Shown: in pieces, positions 30,016-40,324 of the stretch
Layout: every line of letters begins with the position of its first letter
How positions within the stretch are numbered: the stretch's first letter is position 1
DNA from: Candidatus Latescibacterota bacterium
GTDB taxonomy: Bacteria; Latescibacterota; UBA2968; UBA8231
DNA length: 64,000 bases
Direction of reading: 5' to 3'
NCBI GenBank assembly: GCA_965197905.1
Contig: CBDAOB010000004.1
Span: 1,280,001 to 1,344,000 of the forward strand
The notes under the pieces: generated by a model
Database searches by the model: none
What the model saw: only the letters and a program-made list of their open reading frames with translations
Told to the model about the DNA's origin: nothing
Position numbers and translations under genes: made by a program

Positions 30016-30433
30016 AGGAGGTTGGAATCGAAATCGGCAGACGCGGCTGCCCGGAGAAATTGGGGCTTTTAAACAGCAGCTGCCCCTGTGGGTCAAAGAT
30101 GCGGACGAACGTTTCGGTGCCGGGTGATTGTGATTGGAGGTCCTGGTAGGCTGTGACAGGCCAGACGGGAATTCCTTCATCAAAGCTGATTGAGGATAGG
30201 ATGCGGGCCTGGTGCTGCGCCAGGCGACGATCGACACCGTGGTGAACGGCGATGAACATGGCGACAAAGAGAACCAGGAAGATGAATCCCATCAGGACGA
30301 TGAGACTGGCCCCGTACCACAGCGCCAGGCGTGTGGATATAGAGTAGCGTGAGGAAGCGAGTGCCCCTACGAGTTTATAGCGCACGCCACTCAACTCACT
30401 CAGACTCAACCACGAATCGGAATCCGGCGCCAC
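30014..30433 (-). pseudogene. N-terminal fragment of a sensor histidine kinase
   Basis: SISTRLALWY plus a TM helix and a periplasmic part, directly after a response-regulator fragment; no kinase core. Confidence 0.6.
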
Positions 30434-30700
30434 GAACGGTTTCTATGTGGAGGCTCTCAGGCACATCTTCTGCACGGAAGGCCTCTCTGAGATGCTGGCG
30501 CAGCCCAGAAACCGTGACACCAATTACGTTGTCCGTAACCCACGGATTTCCCCAAACCCGCTCTGCAATCACGGTTCGCGAAATAACTGAACCGGGATTT
30601 TGGACCAAAAGAGTCAGCAGGGCGAATTCCTTGCCGCGCAACATCAGGTCGGTACTGCCCAGGGTGGCTTCCCGACGGCTTCGAAAGATGATATCGATCT
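30396..30700 (-). pseudogene. OmpR-type winged-helix fragment (no receiver domain)
   Basis: LRGKEFALLTLLVQNPGSVISRTVIAERVWG...NVIGVTVSGLR...IETVRGAGFRF. Confidence 0.7.
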
Positions 30701-31039
30701 CACTCGGAGAATGGAGGAGGCAGGGCAGCTGATCGGCATCGACGTCATAGATCACGTGATCGTCGGAGCTTCTTGACCAGTACCGGACGGTAGGCGAGGA
30801 GCGCCATGCCGCTACCTCAAAGAAAGCACAAGCTGCCGCTGGTCTCCTGGTCGTCGGTCTCCAACAGCCTTGCCCGCTTCGGTGTTCACGCACCGGGCGG
30901 GCGCTTTTCCGTACTAACTACGTCTACGAAATCAGTCTGTCAAAAGCAAGAGAAAATATTCTTAAGTATGTGTATTTATTAAAGTTTTTGGATCTTGAGA
31001 CGCAATAGCGTACTGTAAAATATACCGGAGGATTCTATA

Positions 31040-31288
31040 ATGGCATCGCTCGCCTACCTAAGGGTTTCCACCGAGGAACAGGCGCGGAGCGGTCTGGGAT
31101 TAGACGCACAGCTGGAGGCCATCGAGAGCAGTCTGGGCAAGCCAACGCAGGTATTCGTGGACGATGGATATAGTGGTAGCGATCCGAAGCGTCCCGCATT
31201 ACTGGAGGCCTTAGGCAACTCGCAGAAAATGATATACCAGCTCAACGGCCCTGATGTTGAATACAGACCTTGCAAACGCACAAAGTAA
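31040..31288 (+). pseudogene. N-terminal fragment of a serine recombinase
   Basis: YLRVSTEEQ, DDGYSGS...RPAL; truncated. Confidence 0.75.
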
Positions 31289-31528
31289 ACCGGGAAGCGA
31301 GTCCTTAACATGATCGCGAATCACCGGTAGTATATTTCTTGCGAGTTCCCTAAGACTCTGCCAAACCTCGAATTTATTTGCCTGCCATAACGCCCTTCTT
31401 TTCTCGCCGAATACATTATTCATTGGGTAAAATATAACACCGATCTCATCCTCCATGAAACGGGTGATGTTTGATGCTTCGGCGACGGCGTACTCAGCGG
31501 CGGAACGGTGGAATTCTCATACGGCCAA

Positions 31529-33508
31529 TTACCACGTGTGTACGATGTGGCCCTTTACCGGGAACCAGATCATATCCACCCACCTCGAAAACACTACTGC
31601 GAGCACATAGCCGATGGCCATCCCGTAGAAAAAGGGCTTCCCCCCCAGGTAGGCCCGCACTCCCCCGTAACGCAAAAGCACCAGCTTGACGGCCCACACC
31701 AGAGACAGACTCAACCAGTAGACCCACACCCCGGTCGTGAACTGAAAGGCCAGCCCCATAGGGTGCAGCGGAAACCAGAGAAAGCGCGCGCGCAAAAACG
31801 CGAGCCCGGCCGCCTCGAAAAACCCGAAGAGCCATACGCCCCACTTCCCCCCATCCGCAACCGTGCGATTGTACATAGCCAGGACCATCTGATCAAAGGT
31901 GGACGTATCACCTGCCGTGAAGACCATGAACCCTCCTTCATAGCCCCGTTCAACGGTCACTACCGCGATCGCGAAAAAACCCACCGGAAAGGCTACCACC
32001 ACCACCGCCGTCACCCACCAGGGCTGCTCCCGCAGCGAAAAGATGCGCAGGTGATGGACCATCGCCGGCCACGCCGGCATGCGGATCGTGCCGAAGAAGG
32101 CCCGGCTGGCAAAGAGCTTGAAGGCGATCAGGCTGCGCGGTGACAGGTGGATCGAACCCACCAGATCAAAGATGAAGGTCTCGCCCTTCATGTGCGAATA
32201 GTTGGGGAGGAGATAGGCAAAGCCGGTGGCCGCCATGAGCTTGGCCGTGACGAAATAGACCAGCGTCATCAGCAGGAACGCGCCTGTGGCCAGGGGCAGG
32301 CTCATCCCCAGGCCCACGCCCCAGTAGATCACATAGGCCGCCGACAGCACCAGACCGGCCAGGGCAAAGCGATAGTGGACGACCTGGCGGCGCTCCCCTT
32401 CCCCGCTGCGCACCTGGTGCCACACCTGCCGCAAATGCCTGCGCGCCAGCCAGATCGACCACAGGGCCAGAAAGATCAGGGCCCCGTAGCTCTCCATGTC
32501 GAGGATCTCCGACCCTACGATCGGCTGGCCACCCATTCCCACCGAAAACCCCACCCGAATTAGGGCCCAGTCCTTGACTACGGCCAGCCAGTAAAAGACG
32601 ATCAGGCTGCCCAGAATGTCCAGCGGGCACAGGTAGGCCACGGCAAACACCATGGGCATCAGCCGCACATATATATTGTCGGAAAGGAGGCCGCGCATGG
32701 GGATCACATGAGGCCGAAAGAAGAGATCCAGCGGCGGCAGGCCCGGGGTGAAATAGGTGACTATTCTGTAGATTAGAGGCAGCAAAACCACCCCCACGCC
32801 AAGCCAGAACAGACCCGAGCGGAAGATCTCGGGCAGGCGCCGCGGCCCATCGAAGCCCCGCGTCAGGTCCAGCGGCAGCTGCGCCAGGGGAAAGGTGAGC
32901 TTCTCGACCTCCACCCACTGGCGCTGGAACAATACGAACAGACAGAAGCCAAAGACCACCAGGCCCATCGACACTCCCAGCCACTGGCCGATCGTTCCCA
33001 GCCAGGCCAGCCATGGCACGGGCGCGCCCTCTTCGGCGCCGAACCAGAATCTGCCGATCGCCTGGGGCGAGGCCGGAACGAACACATGCCAGGGCAGCAA
33101 ATCGAAGAAGGTCTCGGCCCACTGGTTTTCGGGCGTGGCAAAGTAGGACGGCGCCGACACAATCGTGACCCAGTCGTTGATCCAGCCACTGCCGGGCATG
33201 GTGCCCACGATCCAGGTCATGGAGAAGATGGTCAGCAATTCACCCCGGCGCAGGGCCCTTTGCGGGAAGAGCCGTTTGAGACCGGTATTGACAAAGAGCC
33301 ACAGCACAAAGGGCGCGAAACCCGCTATGGTAAAATTGGCCCTGGCACTGATATCCATCCAGTAGAACGTGGCAACAATGGTCAGGACCCCCAGGACCAG
33401 CGCCCGCAGCGTGATGAAAGGCGGCGCTTCGCCAGCCTCTTCTCCGGGGAGAGGGATCTGGCGTCTCCCGGGCGGAGGATCCCGGACTTCTGCTGCTGTG
33501 ATCTGCAT
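31529..33508 (-). CDS. Polytopic membrane protein, DUF6785/DUF6784-like (putative transporter)
   Basis: ITLRALVLG, RQWVEVEKLTFPLAQLP, WFPLHPMG, RYGG...KPFFYG; many TM segments. Confidence 0.75.
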   Translation of the reverse strand: MQITAAEVRDPPPGRRQIPLPGEEAGEAPPFITLRALVLGVLTIVATFYWMDISARANFTIAGFAPFVLWLFVNTGLKRLFPQRALRRGELLTIFSMTWIVGTMPGSGWINDWVTIVSAPSYFATPENQWAETFFDLLPWHVFVPASPQAIGRFWFGAEEGAPVPWLAWLGTIGQWLGVSMGLVVFGFCLFVLFQRQWVEVEKLTFPLAQLPLDLTRGFDGPRRLPEIFRSGLFWLGVGVVLLPLIYRIVTYFTPGLPPLDLFFRPHVIPMRGLLSDNIYVRLMPMVFAVAYLCPLDILGSLIVFYWLAVVKDWALIRVGFSVGMGGQPIVGSEILDMESYGALIFLALWSIWLARRHLRQVWHQVRSGEGERRQVVHYRFALAGLVLSAAYVIYWGVGLGMSLPLATGAFLLMTLVYFVTAKLMAATGFAYLLPNYSHMKGETFIFDLVGSIHLSPRSLIAFKLFASRAFFGTIRMPAWPAMVHHLRIFSLREQPWWVTAVVVVAFPVGFFAIAVVTVERGYEGGFMVFTAGDTSTFDQMVLAMYNRTVADGGKWGVWLFGFFEAAGLAFLRARFLWFPLHPMGLAFQFTTGVWVYWLSLSLVWAVKLVLLRYGGVRAYLGGKPFFYGMAIGYVLAVVFSRWVDMIWFPVKGHIVHTW

Positions 33509-33543
33509 CGAGGGAGAACTGTTGTCTATAAGAGGTAGGCCTG

Positions 33544-33591
33544 GCGTATAGGAAAGATAAACGGCTTGCGTATAGGAAAGGTGAACGGTTT
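33544..33591. repeat. Imperfect 24-bp tandem repeat upstream of the membrane protein gene
   Basis: GCGTATAGGAAAGATAAACGGCTT / GCGTATAGGAAAGGTGAACGGTTT. Confidence 0.7.
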
Positions 33592-33781
33592 TATCGTTGG
33601 TCTGGTCAATGGGCTGAAGCCTTCGGGGTGAGCCCGTAGGGCCGTGGGGACGGTGCGGATGGGCTGCGGCGAGTCGCGTGTCTTGGGGAAAGTGCGGTCT
33701 GATCGGTTGTCGGGGCGTGGTGCGAGCGGGAGTCGGCGCGCAAGGTGGCGCTCAACGGCCTCTTCCCCTGCACCATGCCAC

Positions 33782-33877
33782 AACAGAAAAGGAACTCCCC
33801 TCAACTCTTGCTCTACTGAAAGGAGGTGATTCCGAAAAAGCAGAGCAGCGGAGCCGAAGTGAAGCTCCTTTTCTGTT
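33782..33877 (-). other. Long imperfect hairpin whose loop carries ATCACCTCCTTTC (anti-SD) on the mRNA strand
   Basis: Outer arms AACAGAAAAGGA/TCCTTTTCTGTT, inner arms TGCTCTACT/AGCAGAGCA, loop GAAAGGAGGTGAT on the + strand at 33818-33830. Confidence 0.6.
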
Positions 33878-33884
33878 ATCGGGC

Positions 33885-35771
33885 CTATTTGAGCAGGGTC
33901 ATCGAGTGCGTGGCCATGAAGTCGCCGGCCTGCATCCGATAGAAGTACACCCCGCTCGAGACCAGCTCGCCGCTCTGATCGCGCGCATCCCACGTGGTCT
34001 TGTAGGCGCCCGCGCTCAGGGACTCGTCCGCCAGGCTGGCGATCAGCTGACCAGCGGTGTTGTACACGCCGATCCTAACGTGTTCGTCAACCGGCAGGGA
34101 GAACTCAATGGTGGTCTCCGGGTTGAACGGGTTGGGATAGGCCTCGCCCAGCGAGTAGCTGTCGGGGGTGCCGGCACTCTCGACTTCTTCAGCTACAGTC
34201 GTCACGTCGACGCCCAGGCTGCGGGACTCTACATCCAAGGGGATGTACATCAACGCGCTCGGACCCGCTTTCCCTTCTTCGGGCCTACCAAATTCCCTGA
34301 TTTTCATATTATAATGCCCGCTGGTGTACGCGCCGTCGTACGGCCCATCCTCGTTGAGGATGGTGAGATACCAGCCGAGAATGGGTGTGAAGGGACCGAG
34401 GGTGGGCGACATAATGACGTCCATAAGGCCAGCGCCGTCGCGCCCATACCCGCTAAAGCGCGCGCCCCGCTCGTTGTTGTAAGAACCCATGAAGAGCATT
34501 TCCCCGTGGGCTTGCGTCTGCATGTTGGTGGAAGTGGACCCGCCGCGTGGCATACCGAGCGCGGCCGCTGTCTGGTCGGAGATCTTGTCCCCCCTGTAAT
34601 CGCCATTGCGATTCACCCACAGGAGATCGCCCTGGTGATTCAGGCGCACGATTTCGGGAGCGCCAAAGGAAGAGGCCCAGACCCCGTGGGCATTGACCGC
34701 GATATTCCCCGGCCCCGCGGCATTGGTTACCTCGTTGCCCTCCTCATCGACGCTGGTGCTGACGTAGATGTCGGTCAGGTCGAACTCGCGGGTGATCTCA
34801 CCCGAATTCTTGTCCCACGACTGGATCGAGGGGAACGGCACCTCACCCTTGCTATCGTGCGCCGCGTACATGATGCCCAGAGGCGCCCAGGGTCGGACCA
34901 ACCTTATTGCGTCCTCCCTATTGGGGGCAAAACCGTTTTCGCCAAACGAGGTGTCCCGGTCCCACGACTTGGCCGAACGATTGATGATCATCTTGTAGAT
35001 CCCGCCGAACTCGCCGGACTGATTGGTCGTCCAGAAGATCTCGGTGCTCTCGTCGTCAAGGGTCAGGCCGCCCCTGGTCCGCACCCCTGCGAAACCGTAC
35101 ACGTGGTTGTAGTTCCACCGCTCCCAGGCATTCGGGTTGGCAATGTAGTCCGTGCCCATGGTGCCGTGGATAACATCACCGGCCGTGTACGCCGCCGTAC
35201 TCGATGCGGCCCACTCGCGGTCGTATTCCTGCATCCAGATGTCGGCCGGGTCGAAGCGCGTGTCGATGAGATTGTAGGAATAACCCGACTGGGCGCCGGG
35301 TCCAGCCAGGACCGATAGGTCGCGGTTGTTGACCGCGACCAGGTCGAATTCGTACTGACCGGGGCCTGCGGCATTGCCCTCCCAGTCCTTTCCGTCCCAG
35401 GTGATGGTGTTACGACCCGCGTTACAGGTCTTCCCTGGTGTGAGGGCCACGAATTTGTCCTGCGGTTCCAGTCGCAGCCAGGCGCCAACAGGCCCGGTCA
35501 CTCCGGTCTCGGTGTTGCCCTTCTCGTATATGGCCACCCAGGCCGTGGCGCGCTGGTTGAGGGTGAAGGGGATGCCCACCGAGCCGCTACCGTCCCAGGC
35601 CACGTCCTGGACGGTGATTGCCATGGGATTGAACACCCCGGAAACCTCGGGCTGGGCAAAGATGCCATCCCACTCGCCCAGGGAAGGAAAGGTCTGTTCT
35701 TCGGCCCACACGGCGCCCGTGGCCAGGACGGCCAGGGCCAATCCGATCAAGCTTAAGCGAAGATTTCTCAT
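33885..35771 (-). CDS. Secreted protein with an N-terminal FlgD-Ig-like domain and a C-terminal FlgD-Ig/T9SS-type sorting domain
   Basis: Signal peptide MRNLRLSLIGLALAVLATGAVWA; ITWDGKD; AYPNPFNPETTIEF...WDARDQSGELVSSGVYFYRMQAG...MTLLK; AAGGAG RBS. Confidence 0.85.
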   Translation of the reverse strand: MRNLRLSLIGLALAVLATGAVWAEEQTFPSLGEWDGIFAQPEVSGVFNPMAITVQDVAWDGSGSVGIPFTLNQRATAWVAIYEKGNTETGVTGPVGAWLRLEPQDKFVALTPGKTCNAGRNTITWDGKDWEGNAAGPGQYEFDLVAVNNRDLSVLAGPGAQSGYSYNLIDTRFDPADIWMQEYDREWAASSTAAYTAGDVIHGTMGTDYIANPNAWERWNYNHVYGFAGVRTRGGLTLDDESTEIFWTTNQSGEFGGIYKMIINRSAKSWDRDTSFGENGFAPNREDAIRLVRPWAPLGIMYAAHDSKGEVPFPSIQSWDKNSGEITREFDLTDIYVSTSVDEEGNEVTNAAGPGNIAVNAHGVWASSFGAPEIVRLNHQGDLLWVNRNGDYRGDKISDQTAAALGMPRGGSTSTNMQTQAHGEMLFMGSYNNERGARFSGYGRDGAGLMDVIMSPTLGPFTPILGWYLTILNEDGPYDGAYTSGHYNMKIREFGRPEEGKAGPSALMYIPLDVESRSLGVDVTTVAEEVESAGTPDSYSLGEAYPNPFNPETTIEFSLPVDEHVRIGVYNTAGQLIASLADESLSAGAYKTTWDARDQSGELVSSGVYFYRMQAGDFMATHSMTLLK

Positions 35772-35846
35772 GGTTCTCCTTATCTCCTTGAAAGCGCCGG
35801 TCAAGCCGGCAGAGTGTGTGAATGCAAGTTTCATACGTTGAAGGTG

Positions 35847-35944
<98 letters not shown>

Positions 35945-36086
35945 AATAAAATTCCACAGAGATTCGTTTTAATCTAAGCTCTTTAGAAACAGGGACTTTA
36001 TGCACGTTATTTGATTTTCGAAGACCGCGCGCTCAACTTACATATACCCGATTAAAAGAGGTAAGCATTATGCTTACCTTTGTCAA
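35945..36086 (-). promoter_or_regulatory. rrn-like promoter and leader with a boxA-like element
   Basis: TTGACA (36081-36086)-N17-TACCTC; perfect IR AGGTAAGCAT-T-ATGCTTACCT (36059-36079); GGTCTTCGAAAA boxA-like motif (36015-36026); AT-rich leader. Confidence 0.6.
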
Positions 36087-36360
36087 CGCGAATACTCGTC
36101 CACAAGGCTAGGCAGAGGGGTGAATGGGTCTAACCTCCTGACAAAGGGATGACTTCTGGTGCGCCAGAATCGGGAGGAAGTCTAAGCTCTACTAGATTGG
36201 TGGGTTCTGCGGCGTTGTTCGGAGAAACGTCGTTCTCATGAGATATAGGGGTCTAGTTTCGAGTATTAACCACCCGAGCCAATACCATCTTATTGTCTCT
36301 ACGAATTACCCTAAAAAGTCGATATGCCCTCTATCTCCTGTGATGACCATAACTGTAATC

Positions 36361-36561
36361 ATGTATATTGCCATGAACCGTTTCAGGATCGCCCTCGGCA
36401 GCGAGGTGATCTTCGAAGATCTCTGGCGCCAGCGCGAATCTTATCTCGACGAAACACCTGGCTTTCGCGAGTTCCACCTCTTGCGCGGCTCCACCCACGA
36501 AGACCACACCCTCTATGCATCCCATTCGGTCTGGGATTCGGCCGCTGCTTTTGAGCGGTGA
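36361..36561 (+). pseudogene. Truncated ABM/IsdG-like monooxygenase
   Basis: MYIAMNRFRI...FEDLWRQRESYLDETPGFREFHLLRG...YASHSVWDS; stops early. Confidence 0.7.
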
Positions 36562-36591
36562 TTGCGTCAGGTTGCATTTGCGCTTCTTCGT

Positions 36592-38079
36592 TCAGGTCAC
36601 GCGAAAGGAAAACAGCCTGGCGTCCCTCATGTAGAATCTCAGGCGCACCGGTTGCGACTGAGCCCCCAGCTTCTGCCCGCTTTTCCATCCCACCTTGTGA
36701 TCCAGACCATCCGCCGTGATGGTTGAGCAATCGGCTCGCGAAAAGCCCGCAATCGGTTCACCGTATATCGTCAAAACCTCGACCTCCAACGCGCCCCTTG
36801 CAGCATTCGCATTTATCCGCAGCTCGTCACCACCCTCGAAACGGAACGGATTTGTCGTCAGGGAACCTTCTTCTTCCTGGGCGCTGATCGAGGCGAACCC
36901 GTCCAGCCGCAGCGTGGCCATTCCGAGGGCGTCGCCGATCAGCGTCTGGCCGTTTCGTTCCGTGCCCAGCAGGTCGTTAACGCCGGCGTGAGGTATGTTC
37001 GAGCCACGATAATAGAGCCAGATCTCCTCCTCCTGGACCACGGCATCGTCCAGATAGATTCGCTTCTCGTCCCAGGTGTTGGGGTTGCCCACCATAAAAA
37101 GATGGCGGTTGCCGACGCGAAGCCATTCTCTGCCGTCGCGGCTGAAGGTGAGCTGCACATCGAGGGTGTAGTTGAACCCCTCCATGATCCGTTCGTCGCC
37201 AGTGAACTCGTGGTAGACGTTGAGAAAGCCGATATAACACCCTTCGTAGGGCAGCACCCGCATGTAATAGAATTCGGTGCCATCGCCATCCCGTTCGTCT
37301 GGAGAGATCACTTCCTCGATATCCGTCCAGTTCAGAAAATCGATGCTTTCGCTGCGGCCGATACGCCGGGTGGGAAACGCCGACAAATCGTAGGGCACGC
37401 CCTTCTTGGGCCAGTGGCGCATGACGTGCCGGCCGTTGGGACGCACGTACATCACGTAGCGACCGATCTTTTCGTCCCAGAACGCCCACTGGGAGCCGTC
37501 TCCGGTCGGTGAAAGCACCGGATTGGCTTCGTTGGCGGTCCAGGTCAGTCCGTCGGGCGAGAATGCCACCCCAATGCCACGCTGCGTCCGATCTCCTACA
37601 TAGTAGATCATCTTGTAGCGCCGTTGATCGTCCTCATCGTGATTGTCCTTGAGCACCGTCTTGTCATAGTTAAATCCGTCGGGGAGCCGCACCAGATTGT
37701 TGTCGGTTGATCCCTTGTAATCCACCAAGCCCAGCTTTGGACGCTCGAAGTGGATGCCGTCCTCGGATACCGCGTAACACATGTCCGCTGGGGTCTGGGG
37801 CGCTACGGCGTACCAGAGTTTGTAGATCTTCTCCCCTCGGTCGTACACCAGATCGCAGTAGTGGAATCGCTCTCCCTCCCACGGTTCTTCCATGACGAAT
37901 ACGGGGTTGTCTTTCCGTTTCTCCGGCCGGTGTATAAAGCGCGAGAGGTTGTCCATGATGGCGATGTGGTAGTCGTCCACAAAGAGCTGGCGTTCGCGGC
38001 CGACAGTGCGGATCGGGGGCAATCGGTCAAGTGGGCTGTCGCTGGTGAGGGTGACCCCTCTGGCTGCGTCCGTGGCCAT
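36592..38079 (-). CDS. Five-bladed beta-propeller glycoside hydrolase-like protein
   Basis: QLFVDD, AVSEDGIHFERP, AFSPDGLTW, LRLDGFAS, C-terminal LRFYMRDARLFSF. Confidence 0.75.
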   Translation of the reverse strand: MATDAARGVTLTSDSPLDRLPPIRTVGRERQLFVDDYHIAIMDNLSRFIHRPEKRKDNPVFVMEEPWEGERFHYCDLVYDRGEKIYKLWYAVAPQTPADMCYAVSEDGIHFERPKLGLVDYKGSTDNNLVRLPDGFNYDKTVLKDNHDEDDQRRYKMIYYVGDRTQRGIGVAFSPDGLTWTANEANPVLSPTGDGSQWAFWDEKIGRYVMYVRPNGRHVMRHWPKKGVPYDLSAFPTRRIGRSESIDFLNWTDIEEVISPDERDGDGTEFYYMRVLPYEGCYIGFLNVYHEFTGDERIMEGFNYTLDVQLTFSRDGREWLRVGNRHLFMVGNPNTWDEKRIYLDDAVVQEEEIWLYYRGSNIPHAGVNDLLGTERNGQTLIGDALGMATLRLDGFASISAQEEEGSLTTNPFRFEGGDELRINANAARGALEVEVLTIYGEPIAGFSRADCSTITADGLDHKVGWKSGQKLGAQSQPVRLRFYMRDARLFSFRVT

Positions 38080-38099
38080 GGTCCTCCGTTCGTGTTTTA

Positions 38100-38440
38100 C
38101 GGGTATTCCCCATATCAAAATCAGTTGGGGTTTGGATTGAACTCGACTCTGTTTGATAATAAGGAATGGCCGTCCACTTTGCTCCACGGACAAATTTCTG
38201 CATCAAGAACGGCCTTGTTCTTCCGAATTATCACGATCTCCATGTTCACATTCACCGATTAGAGACAGGTATCCATTGCTTTACTTTAAAAAGTGAAGTT
38301 CTAAACAGAAGAACAACGTAAACGCTTGATTCGGGCCAAGATCTCGGCAAATAACGTCTGGTCTATCGCCACCGCGGCCATCTGAAACGTGGTATACCTA
38401 TTGTGCCTGACCACCTTCGCGCCGATCTTGATCAGCCTTG
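38100..38440 (-). mobile_element. IS1380-family remnant (transposase C-terminus plus right end)
   Basis: RLIKIGAKVVRHNRYTTFQMAAVA...LFAEILARIKRLR; terminal ATGGGGAATACCCG resembles IS1380-family ends. Confidence 0.55.
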
Positions 38441-38576
38441 CCGGGGAGGAGCAGTACGCCTTCGCGGCGATTCTGACGACCAATTTGTCTAGCCAAACAG
38501 TGAGCGTCGGTACCGCGCCGACGCTGCGCGGCTGCCAACTCGGCAAGGTTTCTCTACCCAACAGAATAGGAGCTAC

Positions 38577-39557
38577 ATGCAAGACCGCTTTCGTGATCGG
38601 GACACATTGCAGCTCTATTTCGACGATATCGCCGATTCCAAACCGCTCTCTCGCGAGCGCGAAGTGGAACTTTCGGCCCGCATTCAGGACGGCGACATGC
38701 AGGCTCGAGAGGAATTGGTGCACGCCAATCTTCGCTTCGTGATTGACATTGCTAAAAACTATCAGAATCGCGGTTTGCCAATGGAGGATCTAATCAGTGC
38801 GGGAAATGTCGGGCTGATGACCGCCGCTGATAGATTTGACGGCACCAGGGGGTTCAAATTCATCTCGTATGCCGTGTGGTGGATAAGGCAGTCCATTCTG
38901 CAGACGATTGCCGAACAGGCCCGCACCGTGCGGTTGCCGATGAATAAGGTGAGCCTGCTCAAGGACATTTCGCAAACCTCTCGGCGTCTGGGGCAGGGGC
39001 GCGAAGCGGAACCCGGCATCGAGGAGATCGCCGCGGAGTTAGAGGCGTCCGCGGAGGAGGTGCTCGAAACCATGCTCAGTGCTCGCGCCGTTAGCTCGCT
39101 GGACGAATCCTTCGACGAGGATGACGAACGCAATCTGTTGAACACATTGGCGGACACCACGCAGGTTAATCCGGATGCGGACGTCCTGTATGAATCGGCC
39201 AAAGACCAGTTGGAGAGCGTACTCGACAGTTTGGATCAGCGCGAGTTGCGGATAATCAGACTCTACTACGGTTTGGATGGCGACGAGGCCTTAACCCTGG
39301 AACAGATCGGCGACCTCATGGGCGTGACCCGCGAGCGCGTGCGACAGATCAAGGAACGGGCGCTCAGTCGTCTGCGCCTTCCGTCCCGCCATCGGGTCTT
39401 GCGTGCCCTTGCCGAAGATCTAACCGATGAGGTCGGCGTAGCCCCGGAGCGGGGGAGCGCTTACCCATCTCTCCGCTCCTCCAAAACGCCGAGGTCAATA
39501 CCGCAGTGCCGTTTCCTTCTAACGTACATGTCGCCCGCGAAGGTTCAGAGTAGGTAG
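38577..39557 (+). CDS. RpoD/RpoS-like sigma-70 factor lacking region 1.1
   Basis: ANLRFV, DLISAGNVGL, GFKFISYAVWWIRQSI, TLEQIGDLMGVTRERVRQIKERAL. Confidence 0.92.
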   Translation: MQDRFRDRDTLQLYFDDIADSKPLSREREVELSARIQDGDMQAREELVHANLRFVIDIAKNYQNRGLPMEDLISAGNVGLMTAADRFDGTRGFKFISYAVWWIRQSILQTIAEQARTVRLPMNKVSLLKDISQTSRRLGQGREAEPGIEEIAAELEASAEEVLETMLSARAVSSLDESFDEDDERNLLNTLADTTQVNPDADVLYESAKDQLESVLDSLDQRELRIIRLYYGLDGDEALTLEQIGDLMGVTRERVRQIKERALSRLRLPSRHRVLRALAEDLTDEVGVAPERGSAYPSLRSSKTPRSIPQCRFLLTYMSPAKVQSR

Positions 39558-39845
39558 CGTCATTTCGGGATGACTCTGGACAAAAGGAACCCGCCGTCTT
39601 CAAACGGCATAGAGCGGACGGAGTCTGAAGCCGCTGCCTTACAGGACTAACTGCGCTTGACCCGGGAAGAGGTCGGGGCATCGGATCAGTTGGCGGTGGG
39701 CCAATGAACCGTCTACTAGTCTGAGAATCTGGGTCTGGGCCAACGTGGATGGTTAGCGAAAAGCAGAGGTGACCTATCCACCCACATTAATCTGCTGCTC
39801 AGCAATATTGATCTGCACGTTCACGCACATCAGCTTGGGCAGCTG

Positions 39846-40205
39846 TTAACCAGCATTGACCGCTTCGTCCGAGCCACGTAAAAACTCCGCCTCAATCCTT
39901 CTATGCTCCAACCAATCCATGTAGTCCTTGGCCGCGGGTGGGACATCCGGCGTCGCATACTCGACATTGGTGGCATCGACTCTTTGCTCAACCTGGCGCG
40001 GGAATAGATCACGGAATATTTGGAAGAAGGCCTTCGGATCTTCGTCTCTAAGCCGATCAAGCGCCTCCTGCCCTCCATTCTCGAAGGACGTGATAAAAGC
40101 ATCCTTCAGGCTGGTAAACCTGTTTTTCGCGCCTTGGGGCCGTCCTCCTTGGCCTTTTAGGAAGCGCCCCTTCTGATCCCGTTGTGAGGTCATCTTCGTA
40201 CCCAT
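39846..40205 (-). CDS. Phage-type small protein resembling DUF5681/small terminase N-termini
   Basis: RDQKGRFLKGQGGRPQGAKNR N-terminal motif; located at the island end. Confidence 0.5.
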   Translation of the reverse strand: MGTKMTSQRDQKGRFLKGQGGRPQGAKNRFTSLKDAFITSFENGGQEALDRLRDEDPKAFFQIFRDLFPRQVEQRVDATNVEYATPDVPPAAKDYMDWLEHRRIEAEFLRGSDEAVNAG

Positions 40206-40324
40206 ACTGAGCGATCAGGGCTACCGATGACAGGTGTTGTGGGGCGGCGTCCTTCAGGATCTGGAGGAGCACCTTCTTGGGCGTAATTCGGACCAAATCT
40301 CTCAACTCACTCATAGCCCCTGCC

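Noticed and set aside
33544..33591. CRISPR array
   Set aside because: Two adjacent imperfect copies with no spacer and no cas genes.
33678..35318. 546-aa plus-strand ORF and similar long antisense ORFs (58-630, 26962-28296, 6307-7119)
   Set aside because: Shadow frames of well-supported genes in GC-rich DNA; no recognisable motifs.
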